This document shows, in pieces, positions 7,878 through 15,446 of a stretch of DNA of 24,475 nucleotides. The stretch's first letter is position 1; each line of letters starts with the position of its first letter. Source of the DNA: a virus; the IMG/VR virus record IMGVR_UViG_3300045988_011289, positions 1 to 24,475 of that record; one strand, 5' to 3'. Made by a program: the position numbers and the translations under genes. The notes under the pieces were generated by a model that was not told the DNA's origin, did not search any database, and saw only the letters and a list, made by a program, of their open reading frames with translations.

Positions 7878-8225
7878 CTACTTCACCCCATTCATCTGAG
7901 CTTTTAATTGAGCGATTTGTAACATTAATTGTGCGTTAATCTTTTCTTGCTCAGTCGGTACTGCTTTTGGTTCTTCGATTGTAGGTTTGTCTCCTTCTGC
8001 AACCTCAATCACTTTACCTTCTACATATTTGTAGTTATATCTTCCGTGTTCATCAACTAACCCTTTTTCTAGATATTGACTTTGAGCATGAGCGTATTTA
8101 TCTCCTTGTCCCTTGTCAATCTCTGCCATTGTTTGAATTTCTTCTTGTGATAAAAAAATATCTGAATTAATAGATGTGATGTATCCGTTTGATAAGGATA
8201 CGTATACTTTATATTCGTTCTCCAT
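7878..8225 (-). CDS. XkdW-like / fibre-associated protein
   Basis: Track ORF of 115 aa with AGGAGG upstream of the ATG. It lies between a fibre gene and the XkdX-like gene. The GYITSINS...GDKYAHAQSQY...YNYKY pattern is recalled from XkdW/DUF2977-type proteins. Confidence 0.6.
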   Translation of the reverse strand: MENEYKVYVSLSNGYITSINSDIFLSQEEIQTMAEIDKGQGDKYAHAQSQYLEKGLVDEHGRYNYKYVEGKVIEVAEGDKPTIEEPKAVPTEQEKINAQLMLQIAQLKAQMNGVK

Positions 8226-8233
8226 AGTTCCTC

Positions 8234-9115
8234 CTAATAGATTTCGGCGTCTAACTCAACGATTCCACCTGTATTACAGTTTCCAACTTTATTTGTTGTA
8301 GCAGTGGTAATGACTGTTAATCCACTGCTATTATTCACACTTGCCGAATACTTTGATAGACCACTACTAGAGCTTTGCGAAAGGGTTACAGTAGGCTTTG
8401 TTCGCATGCTTTGAACCACATGTGAAAATGAGTAATCAAAGTTCGATGTTGCCGAATAAAATACATGAAAGAAATAAATATGGTTATAAAATTGCTTACA
8501 TTTAATTAATTCCTCTGCCGAATTTGGAGCAACAAATTTTGTTGCTACTGAGCCTTGCTCTACTTTTGCATATTTCAAAGTCAGTGTTCCACTATTGACA
8601 CGAATAACTAACCTTTTTATACCTTTACTAAAGGTGAATGTATTTAATCCGTTCTTCAAAGTTCCGATTTCTGTAGTTGAAGAACCATCAGATGGACCTA
8701 CAGATACTGTAGCAGTTCCACTTACGCCAACGACATAAACTTGAACTGTGATATTTCCTTCGACCGGAGTTTTTAACTGTTGAATTAAAGCTCCGTTACT
8801 GTAAGTTGTTGGCGTGATAGTTACCGATTTATCTGAGTTAACTGTTAAACTATGCCCATACAAATACCATCTATCAACTGAATATACATTTTTTATTGTC
8901 TGAGCAACTGCACTAGTATAGCTAGTTTTCCCTCTTTGATTGATATTAAAATCCGGATTGATTAATAAATTCGGATTGCTAAATTTATTTCCTAGATAAC
9001 TTGCCAATTGCGACAATAGTCCTTTTTTTAATCCTGCTCCGTTATGCACCGGTAATAGACTTGTATCTGTAAAGCTAGGCAATGCATCTAATTCTGTTAC
9101 TTGTTTTCCTGCCAT
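8234..9115 (-). CDS. Tail-fibre / receptor-binding-like protein (293 aa)
   Basis: This uses the frame of track ORF 8234-9163. I start at ATG 9115, after AAGGAGG and 1 nt after the previous stop. The N-terminus MAGKQVTELDALPSFTDTSLLPV and the NLLINPDFNINQRG motif are typical of fibre proteins from memory. Confidence 0.7.
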   Translation of the reverse strand: MAGKQVTELDALPSFTDTSLLPVHNGAGLKKGLLSQLASYLGNKFSNPNLLINPDFNINQRGKTSYTSAVAQTIKNVYSVDRWYLYGHSLTVNSDKSVTITPTTYSNGALIQQLKTPVEGNITVQVYVVGVSGTATVSVGPSDGSSTTEIGTLKNGLNTFTFSKGIKRLVIRVNSGTLTLKYAKVEQGSVATKFVAPNSAEELIKCKQFYNHIYFFHVFYSATSNFDYSFSHVVQSMRTKPTVTLSQSSSSGLSKYSASVNNSSGLTVITTATTNKVGNCNTGGIVELDAEIY

Positions 9116-9116
9116 G

Positions 9117-9362
9117 TTATTCCTCCTTGACTTTATATTTCCAATCCGTGCCGACTTCTCCACTTGCTACCTCATAAGACCAATCGGCTAGGATTGGATT
9201 TCCTTTTTCGTCCACTAACTCTTGAGCGCTTGTTGCATTCAAGTTTGTGGTAAAGTGGTTATTCATAACCATTTTATTTAAAGCATTATGTGATGTGGTT
9301 ACAGACTTTATTTTCGAGACAAGCCACTGAATAGAAGCTCTGTCTTTGAATACGAAAGCCAT
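9117..9362 (-). CDS. Small fibre-module protein sharing a C-terminal motif with 10608-11417
   Basis: Track ORF of 81 aa. Its C-terminus NHFTT...LVDEKGNPILADWSYEVASGEVGTDWKYKVK parallels NHFTT...LVDENGHEILADWAYEVDEGEVGKDWTYKVK in fibre-1. Confidence 0.75.
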   Translation of the reverse strand: MAFVFKDRASIQWLVSKIKSVTTSHNALNKMVMNNHFTTNLNATSAQELVDEKGNPILADWSYEVASGEVGTDWKYKVKEE

Positions 9363-9365
9363 ATA

Positions 9366-9974
9366 CTAACCCCACATTGTGTTTAAATCATTTGTAGTAA
9401 TCGCAGTTAATTCTGAACTCTTAACATACGCCGATAAATCAATGTCTGTATTACCAATCTTTTCATATGTCTTTGTTTCTGCTAACCAAATATACTCATC
9501 ATAAATATCTTGCGTTCCGTGTGAATGTGCTACCAAATAAATCACACCATTCGAACCTGTAGCAGGTAAGCTCGTTACCTTTTCATATCTAATAGATGTA
9601 ATATTACCTACTGCCGAATTAATCAACGATTGTACTTGTGATTGCGTTTGATACCCTTTAGCCGTGATAATTGACTCAACGCTCGTCGCCGACTGATATC
9701 CACTGTCATTTGTTAATTGTGATGTCTTTGTTGGCACTGTAACATCTACGGCTTTTGAGCTTGGCTCAACTTTTGTACCGTTAACCTTTACAGACTCAAT
9801 CACATTCGCTTGAGCACCGCTTGCGATACCACTTAACTTTTGCTTTTCTGCGCTTGTGTAGTCATTTGTTGATAAGCCTTTACCACTTACAACATTAACT
9901 TTCCCACCTAATTCAGATTTAATCTTACTGATTAAGAGCGTCAATCCACTCTTATCTAAATATTCAATAGCTAT
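9366..9974 (-). CDS. Fibre protein 2, ATA-start model (202 aa)
   Basis: This extends track ORF 9366-9944, which starts at TTG. The frame is open up to the TAG at 9993-9995. ATA at 9972-9974 lies 6 nt after AGGAGGG (9981-9987). The extension gives (M)AIEYLDKSGLTLLISKIK. The YLDK.GL....KIK pattern is a common fibre N-terminus from memory. A GLSTNDYTSAEKQKLSGI motif is also present. Confidence 0.75.
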   Translation of the reverse strand: MAIEYLDKSGLTLLISKIKSELGGKVNVVSGKGLSTNDYTSAEKQKLSGIASGAQANVIESVKVNGTKVEPSSKAVDVTVPTKTSQLTNDSGYQSATSVESIITAKGYQTQSQVQSLINSAVGNITSIRYEKVTSLPATGSNGVIYLVAHSHGTQDIYDEYIWLAETKTYEKIGNTDIDLSAYVKSSELTAITTNDLNTMWG

Positions 9975-9985
9975 TCTTTTCCCTC

Positions 9986-10315
9986 CTATAGACTATTCCA
10001 TAATTCATCTAGTTCGGTTATTGATACAGATGTTACAGAACCTTCTGCCATAGCTCCAACATCTTCCGGAGTATATACCGGTCTTGTTTCTGCTTTCGCC
10101 CATAAAGGAACTGTTGGGTCTATTTCTTCAACCTCTCCTATGATTTCATTACCGTTTAATTTAGGCTTGTTCTTTAGCTTGTTGTAATCGTTTGTGCCTT
10201 CAACGAATTTCTCGTCTAAGCCTAAAGATAATGCTTCTTTATCTTCGTTGATTTCAACTTGAAGCTTGTCTGATTCATCTTGTATATTCATTTGAATATC
10301 TTTCATAAGAATCAT
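9986..10315 (-). CDS. Fibre-module protein (NKPKLNG motif)
   Basis: Track ORF of 109 aa with an ATG after AAGGAAGTGA. It contains the DYNKLKNKPKLNGNEIIG motif common in phage fibres. Confidence 0.7.
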   Translation of the reverse strand: MILMKDIQMNIQDESDKLQVEINEDKEALSLGLDEKFVEGTNDYNKLKNKPKLNGNEIIGEVEEIDPTVPLWAKAETRPVYTPEDVGAMAEGSVTSVSITELDELWNSL

Positions 10316-10611
10316 GTAATCACTTCCTTATTCAATACTCTATATACTTTTGTTGTTTTGATAGGAGAAGCAATAGCGACTCCTCCTTTTGTAATCATTC
10401 TTAATTGAATGTTGCAAGTTCCCTCTTTGAAATTGAGCGTTTCTTCTTGACTTAACAACACTGAAATAACATTCCCTTCAATGTCTAAATCACTTGATTC
10501 TTTTTTTAAGATATATCCGTTTTGTTCAAATACCACATAGATATTCTGCATTTCATTTAAATCAATATCATTTATTGTTATTTGAATTGTTGGCGTAGTT
10601 CCTTGTCTCAT
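10312..10611 (-). CDS. Fibre-module protein, beta-rich (99 aa)
   Basis: This uses the frame of track ORF 10312-10632. I start at ATG 10611, in an ATGA overlap with the upstream stop and preceded by AAGGTGA. Confidence 0.7.
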   Translation of the reverse strand: MRQGTTPTIQITINDIDLNEMQNIYVVFEQNGYILKKESSDLDIEGNVISVLLSQEETLNFKEGTCNIQLRMITKGGVAIASPIKTTKVYRVLNKEVIT

Positions 10612-11417
10612 GATTTCACCTTGTAAGTCCAATCTTTACCTACTTCACCTTCATCAACTTCATACGCCCAATCTGCTAGAATCTCATGACCATTCTCATC
10701 TACTAATGTTCCATCTTCTGTTAATAGAATCGTAGTGAAATGATTCTCCATAATCATCTTTTCAATATTGGAAATTCTGTTCGATAGCTTTCCTGCCGTA
10801 TTTGCGTCTAACGTATCTTTTACAGTTTCAAACCAATCATTGAACTCTGTTCTATTTGCATTCATTTCAGATTCATTCTGAGCCTTAATTTCTTTGAATA
10901 GCTCCGTTACTTGAGTGAATAAATCCAACGATTGTACACTCTTAATAGCGCTTGTAACTGCTCCACAACGTGTTGAATCTAATCTTGTATCAGTAATATC
11001 TGAGCCTTTAACTTCGTTCGAATTGCCTGTTACTGTTACCGTAGCTAATACTAAATCGTAAATAGAATCACTTCTTGTGATTCCATCATTGATATCACTT
11101 GCTACTAAGGTAATGTTTCTGTATGCGTCATTATCATTCAATCTAAGAATAATATTGTAGCTTTTAGTAGCGCTATTCTTTTCTAATGTGATGGTTTCGT
11201 CATCCCTTTGCCAATAGAATGCTCCGTTAATATTTGCTCGTCCTGCTTTAACTGTTAAGGTTAAGCCTTGAGCTTTCTCAACTCTTAAATGGTCTGAACT
11301 AGAATCATCTATGAATACGCCATTTGTAAAGTAGCTTGAGAATAATCTTCTGAAAGCGTCATATAGTACTAATCTATCGCCATTTCTTGAGACGAATGGA
11401 AAATATGTAGTTGCTAT
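10608..11417 (-). CDS. XkdV-like fibre/structural protein 1, ATA-start model (269 aa)
   Basis: This extends track ORF 10608-11141 (TTG start) by 92 codons. The frame is open up to the TGA at 11424-11426. ATA at 11415-11417 overlaps the portal TAG as ATAG. The extension reads (M)ATTYFPFVSRNGDRLVLYDAFRRLFSSYFTNGVF...KAGRANINGAFYW...SYNIILRLNDND. It matches the conserved N-terminal domain of XkdV-type fibre proteins from memory. Confidence 0.8.
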   Translation of the reverse strand: MATTYFPFVSRNGDRLVLYDAFRRLFSSYFTNGVFIDDSSSDHLRVEKAQGLTLTVKAGRANINGAFYWQRDDETITLEKNSATKSYNIILRLNDNDAYRNITLVASDINDGITRSDSIYDLVLATVTVTGNSNEVKGSDITDTRLDSTRCGAVTSAIKSVQSLDLFTQVTELFKEIKAQNESEMNANRTEFNDWFETVKDTLDANTAGKLSNRISNIEKMIMENHFTTILLTEDGTLVDENGHEILADWAYEVDEGEVGKDWTYKVKS

Positions 11418-12817
11418 TCTTCGTCATCCCCCTCTCCATCATCTTGAATTTCTTCATTTAATAACTCCGTTGCTTCTTCTTCAGTGAATCCGTATTGTTT
11501 CATGAAGTACATAATCTTTAATCTTGGAATGTCAAATGTTAATGCGTCATTTCTTAACGCTTGTGTGGTACTTTGTTTATCCTCGATATATGTATCATCA
11601 TAATCAATAGCAATGTCTAATGAATTGATATTAAGCTTTCTGCCTTGTGTTAATTCATAGAAGTATGCTATTGCTTGAATAATATCTTGAATATATGCAG
11701 TAGATTCTTTACGTTGTGAATTTACTTCTTTCATTGCGTCTTGATTCTCACCAATATATTCTGTAGCCGTCACAATTCTTCCACTTTCAAAGGTGTATTT
11801 TTTTGTACCGAATCCAAACATCATTGATAAGATACTTAATGCAGTTTCTAACGATTGGACAACTTCTGCCGTTCTAACTGTTGGATTGTATTCTTGCCAT
11901 AAAGCTTTTTCTTCCGGTAACTTATCTCTACCTAACTGAACGAAAATCTTTTTCATTTGTGGATTCATCTTAATCTTTCCATTCTCGTCTTTCTGCATTA
12001 ATGCTTCATTCACAAGAACGATTTTATCTGACTTCAACAAATCACGATTCCACATTGTCATTGTTAAATCAATTGTTTTTAGTGGAGCAATTGCACTCCA
12101 AATCTTCGGCAAGCCGTACCCTTGCATTTGTAAGTTGTTCACCTTTGCATTTCTCATAATTGCAAACGGCTTAACCACATCTAATTGAACAATCTGAGCA
12201 CGGTCTTTTATTTCTTCGCCTGTATCTTTGAAGTAATGTGTTTCTGCAATGTACCTTTCGTCTTGTCCTTTTAAGAACATGACCATAACATATACTTTTT
12301 TTAGTTTCTCATAATTTACACCAACGAAAGCTACCTCAACAATTTCATCATTTATAACAGTTAATGGAAGGATATTCATTGAATCACAATAGTTGATTCT
12401 GATTTCTCCTCCACTGAATGTACCATCTTCATAAATCTCGGCATTAGATACCGTAACATAAGCTCCTACTGTACCATTTGCAGACATTTGTTCAACTTGT
12501 TTCCTGTACATTACATCAAACCTATTCTTGTTTAGAATATCTGTAATGATGTCATTTGTAGTACTGTCCTCTGTAGCATTTATATCTATGATTTCAATCA
12601 AGTTTGCATCATCTTCACACAAACGTTTCGCAAAGTCTGTTTTATCAAGTGTGTATTCCTCATTGTTCAAGGTGTATGCCGTATGAAATTCTGTTTCGGT
12701 ATTCGTGTACCACTTGTTACACAATTCAATAATCTCAATTGCATTTGTATCTACATAGTACCCTCTATCGTTTAGGTAATTCTGAAACCACGGATTACGT
12801 GTGTTAGATGTTTCTAT
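11414..12817 (-). CDS. Portal protein, ATA-start model (467 aa)
   Basis: This extends track ORF 11414-12724, which starts at TTG. ATA at 12815-12817 lies 6 nt after AAGGAGG (12824-12830), with an in-frame TAA two codons upstream. The extension reads (M)ETSNTRNPWFQNYLNDRGYYVDTNAIEIIEL-CNKWY. W...L..RGY is the usual N-terminus of this portal family from memory. The gene follows the large terminase. Confidence 0.85.
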   Translation of the reverse strand: METSNTRNPWFQNYLNDRGYYVDTNAIEIIELCNKWYTNTETEFHTAYTLNNEEYTLDKTDFAKRLCEDDANLIEIIDINATEDSTTNDIITDILNKNRFDVMYRKQVEQMSANGTVGAYVTVSNAEIYEDGTFSGGEIRINYCDSMNILPLTVINDEIVEVAFVGVNYEKLKKVYVMVMFLKGQDERYIAETHYFKDTGEEIKDRAQIVQLDVVKPFAIMRNAKVNNLQMQGYGLPKIWSAIAPLKTIDLTMTMWNRDLLKSDKIVLVNEALMQKDENGKIKMNPQMKKIFVQLGRDKLPEEKALWQEYNPTVRTAEVVQSLETALSILSMMFGFGTKKYTFESGRIVTATEYIGENQDAMKEVNSQRKESTAYIQDIIQAIAYFYELTQGRKLNINSLDIAIDYDDTYIEDKQSTTQALRNDALTFDIPRLKIMYFMKQYGFTEEEATELLNEEIQDDGEGDDEE

Positions 12818-12820
12818 TTC

Positions 12821-14158
12821 TTACCTCCTTAAATCTATATATCCACTATGGGTTATAAATGTATAGCAGAACGAATCCCAATCATCATTGATATTGTTTA
12901 CGTTCTCATCTTTTGGAATGTCTTTCTTTTCATCCCATACTAATTCGCTCAATGCGTTTATTAAGTTCTTACAATGTTCTTCTATTTTTAATCTACCTGT
13001 AACAAGTAAGCTATCAACCGTTATAGGACGGTCCGTAAGTTCATTCTTCTTAACTGGTGCAATTATACTTCCGTCTAATCCTTCGGCATAGAAATAAGCT
13101 CTAAGCGTGTTTATCAACGTATTAGAAGCACTGTCCGGAAATATCCATTCTACATATCCGTAACATTCAATACAACGCTTATAGAACCTTACAAATGCTT
13201 TGCAGAACTTTGTTGCGTCTATGGAATTTGACTTTGCCATGTCTCCTTCATCAAGTGCCCACATATAATCCCAATCATTTGTAAACCCTGTTAAGTGCCA
13301 TGAATATTTAGAGCCATTGTCTCCAAAGTCAACGCCTATGATTAAATGACTGAACCTTTTTCCTTGTTCCTTCATCTTTTCTTTTAGACTCTGATATTTG
13401 AATAGGTAAGGTTTGCAGTCATTTGCAAAATAAGGAAAGACTAGTCCTTCGGCAACCATTCTTTCACCTAGAATATCTCTCTTGTACCATACTGAATTCA
13501 TGTCATATTTGTTTTTGATTTCTTCTATTCTTTCTTGGCTCATTGTAGCGTTGTCAAAGATATTGAAATGCTCATATCTGTACCAATCTAACCCCATGAA
13601 TTTATCTATGTAATTCTTATAAATGTCTGCGTTGGGGTTTGATGGGTTTAAATCCCATAATGTAAATGGATGTACGCTTGCAATCTGTCTTGCCATTGCT
13701 ACCTTGATAAAGCTTGTTCTAGAATCATCACAATCGTAATGCTCATTTATTTCGGTCGCTATCCATCCACCATATGAGTTACCTAATATGCTCTTATATG
13801 AATCGGACTTTCCACCACCTGTAAATATCACTATCTTTTCGCCTGTCTTTGTTTGGACAAATAACGCTTCGTTTGATTTGTATTTACCCCAACGACACCG
13901 TCCACGAAAGATATGCTCTAAGCCGAAACCATTGCAATCACCTATATTTAATTTTGCATTTGGTAAGCTTGACCCACTCGCTAAATGTATTTTATCTTCA
14001 CATGTTTCTAAATACATTGAAAAGATTATGCAGTGGTCAATCGTTTTACCACTTCGTACCGCTCCTTCTGCTACACTTTGTTTGTAATTTAGGGCGGTCT
14101 TAATATAGTTCTTGTGTTTATCTGAAAATTTCCCCCAAGGAATCGTTCTAGTCATCAT
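12821..14158 (-). CDS. terL: Terminase large subunit
   Basis: Track ORF of 445 aa with a Walker A-like motif, AEGAVRSGKT, near the N-terminus. It is in an ATGA overlap with the small terminase and lies upstream of the portal. Confidence 0.9.
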   Translation of the reverse strand: MMTRTIPWGKFSDKHKNYIKTALNYKQSVAEGAVRSGKTIDHCIIFSMYLETCEDKIHLASGSSLPNAKLNIGDCNGFGLEHIFRGRCRWGKYKSNEALFVQTKTGEKIVIFTGGGKSDSYKSILGNSYGGWIATEINEHYDCDDSRTSFIKVAMARQIASVHPFTLWDLNPSNPNADIYKNYIDKFMGLDWYRYEHFNIFDNATMSQERIEEIKNKYDMNSVWYKRDILGERMVAEGLVFPYFANDCKPYLFKYQSLKEKMKEQGKRFSHLIIGVDFGDNGSKYSWHLTGFTNDWDYMWALDEGDMAKSNSIDATKFCKAFVRFYKRCIECYGYVEWIFPDSASNTLINTLRAYFYAEGLDGSIIAPVKKNELTDRPITVDSLLVTGRLKIEEHCKNLINALSELVWDEKKDIPKDENVNNINDDWDSFCYTFITHSGYIDLRR

Positions 14159-14520
14159 TTTAATAAATCTGCCAAAGGTGTTAAGTCCTCAATCTCATGT
14201 GTCATTGTTTGTTCAACTTTTTCACTCTGTCCAAGCATTTGTTTACCCAACCATATAAGCATGGTCGTATTTCCTTTTGACGCTTTTTCAAATTGCATAC
14301 GTCTTAAACTTCTTTTTGAGTGGCTTATACCTTTTTTATATGTCTGACAAAACTTTCCATTTCTTAATAATGTTCTTACCGAACATCCTAGGAAATCTGC
14401 AATTTCTTCTTGAGTACATCCAATAGAAGCAAGCTTTTCAACTGCTTCATAATCAATCTTTATTCTTGGGCGTCCTCCTGCGTGTTTCTCTGCTATTTTA
14501 ATACCCCCTATAACAATCAT
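14155..14520 (-). CDS. terS: Terminase small subunit (HTH); start uncertain (ATG 14520 or ATA 14496)
   Basis: Track ORF of 121 aa. The pattern GGRPRIKIDYEAVEKLASIGCTQEEIADFLGCSVRTL...MLIWLGKQ is typical of TerS. ATG 14520 has no SD. ATA at 14494-14496 lies 6 nt after AGGGGGT (14503-14509) and 1 nt after the stop of the upstream small ORF. That start would give (M)AEKHAGGRPR. Confidence 0.85.
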   Translation of the reverse strand: MIVIGGIKIAEKHAGGRPRIKIDYEAVEKLASIGCTQEEIADFLGCSVRTLLRNGKFCQTYKKGISHSKRSLRRMQFEKASKGNTTMLIWLGKQMLGQSEKVEQTMTHEIEDLTPLADLLK

Positions 14521-14647
14521 ATTGATTCAATTGCTTTTTAAGCCTTTGTAATCTTTTCCTTAAATCTCTTTTTCTATATTCTGATGTAGTGTTTTCTAAT
14601 TCTTCTTCAACGCTTTTCATTTGGCGTAAATGTTCTTCTCTAGACAT
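14498..14647 (-). CDS. Small basic coiled-coil ORF (49 aa)
   Basis: It is not in the track. ATG 14645-14647 overlaps the end of the ParB-like gene. The product is MSREEHLRQMKSVEEELENTTSEYRKRDLRKRLQRLKKQLNQYDCYRGY. It fills the gap between the ParB-like gene and terS. Confidence 0.45.
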   Translation of the reverse strand: MSREEHLRQMKSVEEELENTTSEYRKRDLRKRLQRLKKQLNQYDCYRGY

Positions 14648-15323
14648 GTCTTGCTTCTTCTGCTTCAAGTTCTGTAATCTCCTCTGTTCTTTTTAAGAAT
14701 GTTACTGAATTATCATATTCATAAATGATGTCATTATTTTCATCAAATCCTACAGGCTTTAGAACCTTTTCAAAAATCTTATAAGGTGATTGTCCTGCTT
14801 TTGGTGAATTCCATAAATAATGCAAATAATCTTTCATTGTCATTCCTGCATATTTTGCTCTAGCTTCTGATGTATTTGTATTGAAACCCACCGCTTTGTT
14901 ACGTTCAAAGTCTAAGAAGTACATATCCTTTTCAATATCTTTCCAATGTACTCTTCCATGTTTCTTTGCAATTTGTAAAGCTCCACTAAAGTTTCCTCTT
15001 GAGTAATCCCAATTCTTATTTAATGCGTCTAAATCCCACGACGCTTTTTCTGCCGTTTTATTATCTGCAATTCTAAATGCTTTTACTTGCTCATCTGTTA
15101 AATCATCTGCAACCACGCAAGGAACAGTTTCTAAGCCTAATTCTTGACTAGCTTTATATCGTGTATGACCTGCAACAATCACTCCATTTTTATCAATAAC
15201 AATAGGCACTTTGAAACCGAATTCTTCAATAGAATTTTTAACAAATTTCACTGCTCCATCATTGATTCTAGGGTTATTCTCATAAGGCTTTAGCTCATTT
15301 AATCTTTTTTCAACAATATTCAT
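14640..15323 (-). CDS. ParB N-terminal (nuclease-like) domain protein
   Basis: Track ORF of 227 aa with AAGGAGGAG upstream of the ATG. The N-terminal ~100 aa, LKPYENNPR...VIDKNGVIVAGHTRYKA...LTDEQVKAFRIADN, match the ParB-like fold from memory. I do not recognise the C-terminal half. Confidence 0.75.
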   Translation of the reverse strand: MNIVEKRLNELKPYENNPRINDGAVKFVKNSIEEFGFKVPIVIDKNGVIVAGHTRYKASQELGLETVPCVVADDLTDEQVKAFRIADNKTAEKASWDLDALNKNWDYSRGNFSGALQIAKKHGRVHWKDIEKDMYFLDFERNKAVGFNTNTSEARAKYAGMTMKDYLHYLWNSPKAGQSPYKIFEKVLKPVGFDENNDIIYEYDNSVTFLKRTEEITELEAEEARHV

Positions 15324-15340
15324 ATTCTCCTCCTTATTAT

Positions 15341-15367
15341 TAAAAGAACCGAGACAAACGCTCGGTA
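15341..15367 (-). terminator. Intrinsic terminator downstream of the tRNA
   Basis: The minus strand reads ACCGAG-CGTTTGT-CTCGGT followed by TCTTTTAA. It ends about 12 nt before the SD of the ParB-like gene. Confidence 0.65.
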
Positions 15368-15446
15368 ATATAAAAGCCTAATTGTATGCCATTGTTGGTA
15401 TTTAATATCTAATTTTGGAAGGACTTACTGATAGGCTTTGTAATCA

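Noticed and set aside
15373-15439. An 8-bp inverted repeat (AAAGCCTA / TAGGCTTT on the minus strand) enclosing 51 nt between the tRNA and the downstream terminator, as a possible second small RNA.
   Set aside because: It is only a single long-range stem with an unstructured AT-rich interior. No further covarying or conserved structure is visible.
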